From Plasmodiophora brassicae (taxonomy: Eukaryota), in contig CP145422.1 in assembly GCA_036867785.1 (NCBI GenBank), forward strand, positions 434,001 through 498,000: a DNA stretch of 64,000 nucleotides. The letters are read 5' to 3'. Of the stretch, positions 12,274 to 20,351 are shown piece after piece. Made by a program: the position numbers and the translations under genes. Each line of letters begins with the position of its first letter. Position 1 is the stretch's first letter. Below the pieces are notes generated by a model. That model was not told the DNA's origin and made no database searches. It saw only the letters and a program-made list of their open reading frames with translations.

Positions 12274-12531
12274 CGAACTGTGAGGCAACTGCCGTGGCTT
12301 TCTCTGATAGCAGGTGTTCAGGGGTCGCTGCAATGTTTAGGACGTAGATCTGGATCTGCCTGCAGCTGCCTGTGGACTCCGGAGGCGGTAGCAATGTGAT
12401 GAACGACGGGGTCATCTCCTGATCTGGCGCATGTAGCATGGTGCCGCCCGACACATCCGATGGCAGCGGCCGAATGTTCCGACAATTGCTGATATGTAGC
12501 ATGACTGTGTATGTAATCCGTCGTTATAGCG

Positions 12532-13254
12532 TTACCGGACCAAGATTGGCTGCGTCAGTATTTCGACGAATTTGATGACGAAAACTGGACCGAACAGAGC
12601 GAGTGCAAGACTACTGCAAACAGCCGTGCCGACCACGTTTCCTACCGTCGTCATCAGCGTCCGGTGCGCCGCAACAAGTTCCAGTGACGTCGACGATACC
12701 GGTGGAGCGCAGCGGCAGTTCCAGTAGAACTTGGCGTTGGTCGCCGGGTATGGCGCCACTCCGGCCACACTTTGGACATGGAGCAGCAGTGAACGCAGAG
12801 TGATGTTCTCGTAACAGTCAGAACGTTCTTCGAAGTAGGTCACGCCGTCAGAGCAGACGAATAGCTTCTGCTTTCCTCCTTGGCTCGCGGCAAGCCAGGC
12901 CGATAGCGATGACTTGGAATCCCCACTTCGGTATAGGTTCAGCTCGTCCTGGAAATTTCGCACCAAGCAAGCTAAAGCTTCGTTTCGGTGGACGTATCGC
13001 GTCGTCAATTTCGTCCTGCTTATCGGGGAACGGCAAGCACCCCATTCAAAGTTTCGGCACCACAAGGCCAGCCCCTTCAGCGAATACGAATGCCCATCGA
13101 TAGCCACGATTGGTGACGTCAACGGCTCCTGCAGTATTGGGCAGGTCAGGCCATACTGCTCCAGCAAGTCGTCGACACTATCGTCGGGGACAGCAGTAGC
13201 CGCTCTGCCCATCATCAGCAGCGCCAGACTCGCCAACAGAAATGACATCGCCAT
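12532..13254 (-). CDS. Signal-peptide U-box protein with a C-terminal hydrophobic segment
   Basis: Signal peptide MAMSFLLASLALLMMGRAATA. U-box LTCPILQEPLTSPIVAIDGHSYS...SPISRTKL...NEAL. The C-terminus is hydrophobic. No introns. Confidence 0.8.
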   Translation of the reverse strand: MAMSFLLASLALLMMGRAATAVPDDSVDDLLEQYGLTCPILQEPLTSPIVAIDGHSYSLKGLALWCRNFEWGACRSPISRTKLTTRYVHRNEALACLVRNFQDELNLYRSGDSKSSLSAWLAASQGGKQKLFVCSDGVTYFEERSDCYENITLRSLLLHVQSVAGVAPYPATNAKFYWNCRCAPPVSSTSLELVAAHRTLMTTVGNVVGTAVCSSLALALFGPVFVIKFVEILTQPILVR

Positions 13255-13506
13255 CGAAACCCGCCCTAAACCCAAGTGACCTGAAAACGCCATTCGGTGC
13301 CACCGGACGCCACGTGATGACTGATGACAGATGAGGTCGTCGCCCGTCGCCCCCCACCACGCACGCGCCAATGGTCACGCAGAGGCTGCAGCCCACGGTT
13401 GGCCGCTGGGGACAGTGTCGAGCCAGGAATAGCGTTGACTGCGGCTCCGTTGACTCGCGGCGTCCGTCACGGAGTCCGAACCGGACTACGTCCTACCGCG
13501 TCGTCG

Positions 13507-15195
13507 ATGGGGAAGACAAAGACACGGCAGCCCGCCAGTAGAGATGCTGCCGGGTCAGTACCGTTAGAGAACGGAGGGACCGGCGTTGAGCTTCATGCGC
13601 TGTCGGATAAGCTTCGAAGTCCGACTGTTTCGCACCGGTCTGCGGCCTGCATTTCGGTGGCGAACCTGGCCGAGCGCTGCAGTCGACAATTGCTCCAGGG
13701 TGGCATTGTGGCGCTGATTATGCCGCTTCTTCGCGATGCCGACGTTTCGATTCGTCGGCACGCCGCTGGGGCTCTGAGGAATCTCTGCGTTGCAGACGAC
13801 GCCGGCGTCGCCAATGAACTCCTGCGCCTCGACGCGTTCGACGCCCTCGTGAAGCTGGTCATTGAGACTGCTCCTGATGACGCATGCCTTCCGCTTCTAA
13901 TAGCCACGCTCGCTGATACGTTGCCGCCATCTTCCTCCGCTGTGCAGTCTGGTGCAATCTGGTCCCTCGCATCCCTCATCCAGACATCTCCAACTGTTGC
14001 CCATGCAATTCTCGACCTCTTCAGGGCGGTCGTCGAATCATCCCCTGAGGCCTCCGAAGCGTTGTTGACGAACAACCAGGCTGTACTTCCTGTCCGCTCC
14101 GCGCTGTCATCTGCATCTCCGTTGACGTCTGCAAATGCTGTCGCGCTGCTTGCTCTTGTCGCTAGGCAGGTCCCGTCCCATTCCAATGAGATTCTCGCCG
14201 CTGTTGTCCCCGTCCTAGGACGGTGGCTGTCCGTTGACCTGGACTCTGCCTTAGCCGAGCTCGCTTCGCATCATGCTGTTCGCCGTGATGCCGTCCAGGC
14301 CGAACTCGACAAGCAACGCGAAGCATACAACGGCAACCCGGGTTCGAACATGTTCCAGCCTACATTCGACGTTGACGCTGCGCTCGAGGAAGCGTGGGAG
14401 GTCCCGTTCCAAGCGTTTCGCGACCAGGCACTTGCCGTTATCACCGCCGCCGAGTCGCTAGCCAACCTGGTCTTCGTTGACGATGACGACGAAGGCGAAC
14501 GATGGGACGTTGCACAGGTTCTTCGTCAGGTCGACGGCATTGTCCCAGTTCTGCTGTCACGGGCGGCGTTATGCGTCGCACACGATGCCCGACCTCGTGT
14601 TGCACACTTGCTGACCGCCTGCGTTGAACGGTGCCTGGAGTGCCTGGGCAACATTGCCGTTTACGCCGACGATGCCAGCACGATTGCTGCCGGTGTCGTA
14701 TCGCTTCTCGACGCCCATGGCACGTCTGCCGCACCGTGCATCTTACGGGGCATTGCTCGTCTCCTGGCAGTCACGTTATCGTCGACCACCGATATCGGCA
14801 TGGTACGCGCCAACGCGATGGCATCGTTCGCAACGAATTCCCAAGACGATGGCGTTCGCAGCGCGTTCGTGTCAGCGTTGTCCCGCCTGGCGACCTGCAA
14901 CCGTCAGTACAGCGCCCCGGTAGGGGCGCTGCTCAAGGACCGTCTCGTCAACGACAAGAGCGCTCGCGTCTTCGTCGAATCCGCCAATGGCGTCATGGAC
15001 GTATTCGCGGACGATTGCGTCCATCAGCAGACCATCGCGGACCTTGACCTACTCGCCACGCTTCGTGCGGTCGTCAACGACGCATCCAGATGGAAATGCC
15101 ATCCGGGCTCCGATTACCCGGGCGCAAGCGACGACCTCGACGAGGCACGCGACAACCTGAACCAGTTCATTGAGTACCGCCTAAGATGTCCTTAA
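13507..15195 (+). CDS. ARM/HEAT-repeat protein, HEATR3/Syo1-like
   Basis: Basic N-terminus MGKTKTRQ, then LLRDADVSIRRHAAGALRNLC and a C-terminal NGVMDVFADD...NLNQFIEYR typical of HEATR3. Confidence 0.75.
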   Translation: MGKTKTRQPASRDAAGSVPLENGGTGVELHALSDKLRSPTVSHRSAACISVANLAERCSRQLLQGGIVALIMPLLRDADVSIRRHAAGALRNLCVADDAGVANELLRLDAFDALVKLVIETAPDDACLPLLIATLADTLPPSSSAVQSGAIWSLASLIQTSPTVAHAILDLFRAVVESSPEASEALLTNNQAVLPVRSALSSASPLTSANAVALLALVARQVPSHSNEILAAVVPVLGRWLSVDLDSALAELASHHAVRRDAVQAELDKQREAYNGNPGSNMFQPTFDVDAALEEAWEVPFQAFRDQALAVITAAESLANLVFVDDDDEGERWDVAQVLRQVDGIVPVLLSRAALCVAHDARPRVAHLLTACVERCLECLGNIAVYADDASTIAAGVVSLLDAHGTSAAPCILRGIARLLAVTLSSTTDIGMVRANAMASFATNSQDDGVRSAFVSALSRLATCNRQYSAPVGALLKDRLVNDKSARVFVESANGVMDVFADDCVHQQTIADLDLLATLRAVVNDASRWKCHPGSDYPGASDDLDEARDNLNQFIEYRLRCP

Positions 15196-15220
15196 ACAGT
15201 TACATACATTGAACAGCGAG

Positions 15221-18200
15221 TCACCAGTAGTCGGCACAGGAGCATTTGCCTTTGGAGAATCGGTGGTACCGGTTGGCATCCCTCATGTAGATCTCCCGGT
15301 CGTACAGAGCCGACAGCATCTTCGTAGCGGCGTGGCAGTCGGCGCAGACGCGAAGGTTCTTCGTTAAACGGATGGGCTCCCTGGCGGGTAACGCGTGCAG
15401 GGCGTATACGATCGCGATCTTCTCGCTGTGCTCGCAGACTGCCTGGCGCGCCGACGCCGTCGCCTTGCTGGTCACGACGGCCGTATCCGGCGAGTACCCG
15501 TGTCGGAACAGGCGCTTCAACACTTTGTCATGCTGGCTCTTGAACAGCGGATCCGACATGAACGTTGGGTCACCCGCGACGAAGTTCACCGATCGATCCT
15601 GCAAGTGCAGCGTGGTTCGCCCTTGGATCTTTTTAAACCCGGCTGCCACCATCTGTTGTCGGACGCGATCTGCGTCACCGGATCGTCCGGCGGCCGTGTA
15701 CATGTTCGCCATCTGGACGTGCGCTGCGGCGAGATGCGGCTCAGCTTCATCAACGGGCAGCCGGCGAAGTGCTGCGAACACGCGCTCAGCACGTTCCAGG
15801 TCACCGTGCTTGCGACATGCGCTTAGCAACGGCATCAGCGCCATGCCGTTCCGGGTGCCCGCCTCGGCCAGTTGTTCGGCGCGGTCCAGGTCGCCGGCTC
15901 GCCCATACAGATCGATCAGGCACGTTGTCGTGATCGGTCCCGGGCGAATGTTCCACGCCGTCTCGAATTCGGATAAGAACGCGTGCGCGAGGTCGACGTC
16001 GCCGACATGGTTGCAGCCAGTGAGCAGAGCACCCAGCGTCACAACACTGGGCAGGACGCCTCCCGATTTCATGGCCGCGAAGCACGACGAGGCCCTGTCC
16101 ATCAGGCCATGATGAGCATACACCGCGATCATAGCTGTGAACACGACGACGCCTGCAGCCGATTGCGTCTGGAAGACAGATTCAGCGTCCTCCAGGTGAC
16201 CGCAATGGCCATACGCCGAGATTAACGACGCAGCGACCCCATCGTCCTGGATCAGAACCCTTGTTTTCGCACAGCCGTGCAAGCGACGAATTGCAGAGAC
16301 GTCAGCGGATCGTTTACACGCGGCGATCACGCCCCGGAACAGTGCAACATCAACAGGGTGGCCTCGTTGCACCATTCGGTCGAATATCGACATGGCATCG
16401 CGCACACAATCTGCCTTGGATAACAGCGATACTGCAGCGGTGCACGTCTCAACGGACGAAGGACTGATCTGCCAGGTGTTCTCGAAGTCGGCGATCAGGG
16501 CACTTGCCTGGGCGACGTTGCCGGAACGATTGCATGAGGTCAGCAACGCACCCAGGGTGACGTCGTTCGGGCGAACGCCGGCTGCTTGCATGTCATCGAA
16601 GCAATGCGCGGCACGGTCGGGTGACCCATGACGCGCATACGCGGCGATCATGGCGTTGAACGCGGCGACGCCGGCACCGGGTGCGCACGCGAACACGCGA
16701 ACAGCGTCGGTGAGGGAATCGCAGCGTGAATAGGCGGAGATGGTGGCGCTGCGAACCCGGTCGTCCTGCAACAGGCCTGCAGCGCTCGAGTATGCCTCCA
16801 GCCTCTTCAACGTGGCAATATCGGCTCCGGCACCGACGAGTTCGGTGAAGACATGCTTAGCAACTGGGATGCCGTTGACCATCATCGTGTCGAACAGATC
16901 AATCGCTTCGGACAGATGCCCAGCTTTGCAGTAGAGCGACAGCGCGGTGGTCAGCGTCTCCATCGACAGCGGTTCTCGCAGCGTCTTCAGAACGTGAAGA
17001 GCTGCGTCGTATCGAGAGTGCCGAGTGTACGCTGCCATCATGGCGTTGCATATGCGTTCACTAGTAGCCGACACCGTCTTAAACACGTCTTCGGCAGCGT
17101 TAACGTCGTTGCAATCCGCATAGGCGGATATGAACGCGCTGAGCACGAACTCGTCGGCGAGTAACGACGCGGTGGCGCGCGCGTACTCGTGCAATCGTTT
17201 TACAGGCGCGACATCAGAACCGCGTCGGCAAGCGGACACGAGCGCTGACAGGGTCCGCTTGTCGACGGGAACTTTGCCCGCCACCATCGCTTCGAACAAG
17301 GACATGCCCTTCGACAGGTAATCTCTGGGATCGCCATCCCGCTCGCGAATGTACGCAGTCATCATGGCGTTGAAGATGGGCGCGGTAGGCACGGAAACGT
17401 TGGATCGCGTTTGGAATATGGATTCGGCGGTGCCGACGTCGTCACAGGCATCAAACGCGGACACGAACGAACAAACGACGAAGTCGTCACGCCACAGTGC
17501 TGGATCGCCCCTGCGTGCATGATCGTATAGGCGACGGAGGGACGTCGCGTCAAGGGCACGTTTGCAGGCGCCGATCAGGGTGACAAAGGTGCGCCCATCA
17601 ACCGGGACGCTGAAGCCCAGCATGCGATCGAACACGACCATAGCATGGGATAGGCGGCCGCTGGCGACAAGTGACGACAGCAGGTTCGTGCAGGTGATGA
17701 ACGACGGCGGCAACCCCAGGTCGTCCATCAGGGACAGGACATCGACAGCGGCGCCAGGTCGCCCTTGTGACAGAAGCGCTTTAATGAGGTTCCCGTATAT
17801 GGCCTGGTTATCGGGGAACGCCGGAACACGCCCGGAGCGCATCAGTCCCAGTAACGTCTGTGCGACATTGGCGCCCGTCGACGTCTGCGCTTCCGCACAG
17901 CAGACCGCGAACGTCGACGTCAACATCTCGCTGAATCCCACGTTGTTGCCGATGGCGTCGTCGACGAGAGGCAGTGCCAATGCAGGCTGTTTAGCGATTC
18001 TGCAGATGGTCGCAACGCATGCGATGACGTTATGCGACCGTGGCCCACACCGCGCGTACAGGTCAACGACATCGCGACAGAGAGGCGGGTCTGCGAGGCG
18101 GCAAGCGCTGCCGAACGTGCAGAACAAGGTGTCGTTGACGGCGATGCCCCGTTCGACAGCAGCGCGCAGGACGTCGGGCGCCTTGCCCGGCATGTGGTCC

Positions 18201-18454
18201 CGGCAGAACATCATCATGGCCTGGTAGAACGGGATACGCGGCTTCAGCCCGTACGCGTGCAGCACGTGCTGGAACGCGGACCATCCCCGATGCGGGTCCG
18301 GGTCCGCCTTCAGCACGCGGACCGCGCCCGGCACCGACGGCGCCCGCACGAACGCGTCGTACGCCGACGACGGCAACGACCGACGAGCGCCGGGTGGTGC
18401 CTCGGACAGTCGCCGCAGGCCAACGCGGGCCAGCGCACCGGCCCTGACCGGCAT
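15221..18454 (-). CDS. PLS-class pentatricopeptide repeat protein with E1-E2-DYW cytidine-deaminase domain
   Basis: Intronless ORF of over 1000 aa with a long PPR array, HSEKIA, KNLRVCADCH and terminal HRFSKGKCSCADYW. The Arg/Ala/Ser-rich N-terminus resembles a presequence. An alternative ATG lies at 18493. Confidence 0.95.
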   Translation of the reverse strand: MPVRAGALARVGLRRLSEAPPGARRSLPSSAYDAFVRAPSVPGAVRVLKADPDPHRGWSAFQHVLHAYGLKPRIPFYQAMMMFCRDHMPGKAPDVLRAAVERGIAVNDTLFCTFGSACRLADPPLCRDVVDLYARCGPRSHNVIACVATICRIAKQPALALPLVDDAIGNNVGFSEMLTSTFAVCCAEAQTSTGANVAQTLLGLMRSGRVPAFPDNQAIYGNLIKALLSQGRPGAAVDVLSLMDDLGLPPSFITCTNLLSSLVASGRLSHAMVVFDRMLGFSVPVDGRTFVTLIGACKRALDATSLRRLYDHARRGDPALWRDDFVVCSFVSAFDACDDVGTAESIFQTRSNVSVPTAPIFNAMMTAYIRERDGDPRDYLSKGMSLFEAMVAGKVPVDKRTLSALVSACRRGSDVAPVKRLHEYARATASLLADEFVLSAFISAYADCNDVNAAEDVFKTVSATSERICNAMMAAYTRHSRYDAALHVLKTLREPLSMETLTTALSLYCKAGHLSEAIDLFDTMMVNGIPVAKHVFTELVGAGADIATLKRLEAYSSAAGLLQDDRVRSATISAYSRCDSLTDAVRVFACAPGAGVAAFNAMIAAYARHGSPDRAAHCFDDMQAAGVRPNDVTLGALLTSCNRSGNVAQASALIADFENTWQISPSSVETCTAAVSLLSKADCVRDAMSIFDRMVQRGHPVDVALFRGVIAACKRSADVSAIRRLHGCAKTRVLIQDDGVAASLISAYGHCGHLEDAESVFQTQSAAGVVVFTAMIAVYAHHGLMDRASSCFAAMKSGGVLPSVVTLGALLTGCNHVGDVDLAHAFLSEFETAWNIRPGPITTTCLIDLYGRAGDLDRAEQLAEAGTRNGMALMPLLSACRKHGDLERAERVFAALRRLPVDEAEPHLAAAHVQMANMYTAAGRSGDADRVRQQMVAAGFKKIQGRTTLHLQDRSVNFVAGDPTFMSDPLFKSQHDKVLKRLFRHGYSPDTAVVTSKATASARQAVCEHSEKIAIVYALHALPAREPIRLTKNLRVCADCHAATKMLSALYDREIYMRDANRYHRFSKGKCSCADYW

Positions 18455-18678
18455 CGACGCCGTCAACGGTGGCGGCCGGGGGCGGGTTCGCATCTGCCTG
18501 CCCCCCTTCCGTTTTGCGCGTACGGATCACGCCCGATGCAGATCGGAACGAGCCGGGCCAGGCAGGCGCCCACCCACGAGCACATCCGCTGACCTGCCGG
18601 GAACTCCTGGGCGCGCCTCATTGTATCAGTATAGGTGGGCACTGCCCTGCGTAGGGAGGCCACTATTGATCTGTATTA

Positions 18679-18880
18679 TACAACCAGCAACAACTCAATT
18701 GAAGAAGATGCTACCTTCGTCCACCACCTCCTCCTCGAAGATATCGTCGTCAGCAATGCAGTCAAGGCCATCAGTCAAGGCCATCAGATGGCCTTGACTG
18801 CATTGCTGACGACGATATCTTCGAGGAGGAGGTGGTGGACGAAGGTAGCATCTTCTTCAATTGAGTTGTTGCTGGTTGTA
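18679..18880. repeat. Perfect 94-bp inverted repeat with a 14-nt loop
   Basis: 18679-18772 is the exact reverse complement of 18787-18880. The loop AGTCAAGGCCATCA duplicates the end of the left arm. Confidence 0.97.
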
Positions 18881-19672
18881 CCTCGTTAGCACGAAACCAG
18901 GGGCCGGCTTCCGGATCGATCCCAGTAGGCGCAGCTTGCAGTCCAGCAACTTGTCTAGCAGATTGGCGGCGCTCTCCCGTCGCAGCTCCATCGTGAAGTG
19001 TTCGAGAAAGAACGGCTTAGGTCCACAAGCCATCATGTTGATGACTTGTTTCCCCTGCACGTTCCCGGCACCGTCCAGCGTGAAGCAGATGAGAGTATGC
19101 TTAGCGAGATGGAGCAGAACGTCGTTCATGGTCAGCGCATATTCGGTTCGCATGAAATCGCCCCCGATCGCTTCGGTCGATGGAATCTTGAAGCTCCCGC
19201 GAAGCGCTTTAAAGAACGCACGCCACGACTCATGCTCAAACGCGGCAAAAGGCATCGATGTACGATGAACAGCACGAGCGAAGAGCTGCTGTAGATTCGC
19301 CAACTCCTCTCCCGACATCGAGTCGAAGTACTGGCGACCGCCGCCAGCGAGGAACAATGATGAATTCAATGGTTGCGCCATCACATCCTTGTCCACCACA
19401 CTGCCACCCGCGGATGAACTCGCAGCTGATGTGGATGCAGCACCCTTCGACGAATGTGCCGACTTCGCCGACTTCCGAGAGGGCTGGAAGCCCGCATCGA
19501 GCTGACCAATTGCGCGAGGTCGCTTCTTGCATTTCGCCCAATGATCGCGCAATCGCCCCGCTGCTGCAATAACGGCACCATCACATGCCAAGCACTTGCA
19601 GTACTTTGATTTAGAATCGCCCGAGCTGAACGGCTCGCTGAACATCTTCCAGATGTCATCCTTTGGCTTCAT
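18857..19672 (-). pseudogene. Truncated BED-zinc-finger / DUF659-type (hAT) transposase
   Basis: BED finger DIWKMF...CKCLAC...LRDHWAKC, then MPFAAFEHESWRAFFKAL and FTLDG (first catalytic Asp). The ORF stops inside the inverted arm. Confidence 0.85.
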
Positions 19673-19690
19673 CTTCGACACTGACGAAGT

Positions 19691-19813
19691 CTGCCTGCGG
19701 CCTCTGCCTGCCGCCTGCGGCCTCTGCCTGCCGCCTGCGGCCTCTGCCTGCCGCCTGCGCACTGCGCTGCGGCCTGCGCCTGCCTGCCGCCGCCGCCTGC
19801 GCACTGCGCTGCG
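19691..19813. repeat. 20-bp subterminal tandem repeat (CCGCCTGCGGCCTCTGCCTG)n plus variants
   Basis: About 3.5 near-exact units followed by degenerate units, lying between the transposase ATG and the right TIR. Confidence 0.9.
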
Positions 19814-20351
19814 GACACAGCCTATACAGTGTGTATAGTACCTCTGGAAGATGGGCGGGTATAATACCGCAACTATACAATATACGGACCGATAGAGGCC
19901 ACACACACACACACGGGTCACTGTCGTGTCCCGTTCCGTATCAGAGCGGGGGCCGCGGGCGGGGGTCCCTAGTTTAGTTTAGTTTTATTTGTTTTTCGCG
20001 CTTTCACACAGGCGCCTCGGTCTCGAGTCCGAGGATCGAAGGTTCAGCAGCAGAACGCCAACATTCCCCGGCCTGGCAGTGCCGGCCCATCGCCTTTGTA
20101 CTGGGTTCATCGCGCCTTGGACGATAGGCGGGGGTCCCTCTCGGCGAGCGTGGCGGAGTCCGCACGGGGCGGGCGCGGAGTCGCGTTGGTTGGTGGTCCA
20201 CCCGTCGATCGCCCGTTGCGATCGTCGCCCTGGACCAACACCGCAATCGTTGCAATGCGGGTGACGCGCCATCCGTGTTGTGACGTTTGAGGTGTTGTTC
20301 GAGGGCGGCGACCTGTCGCAAGACGGTGGCCGTTGTTTTATGTCGGTTCTG

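Larger units (their letters stand above)
18658..19900 (-). mobile_element. Internally deleted hAT-like DNA transposon with imperfect 19-bp terminal inverted repeats (TIRs) and an internal foldback
   Basis: Left end GGCCACTATTGATCTGTAT (18658-18676) matches the reverse complement of the right end, GGCCTCTATCGGTCCGTAT (19882-19900), at 15/19 positions. It encloses a transposase fragment. No target-site duplication (TSD) is visible. Confidence 0.75.

Noticed and set aside
19673-19921. N-terminal extension of the transposase ORF
   Set aside because: It translates subterminal repeats and a (CA)n tract and crosses the TIR. The ATG at 19672 is the plausible start.
18652-19971. Alternative TAGGGA...TCCCTA termini for the hAT element
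   Set aside because: Only a 6-bp match and no 8-bp TSD. The GGCC-starting 19-bp pair matches much better.
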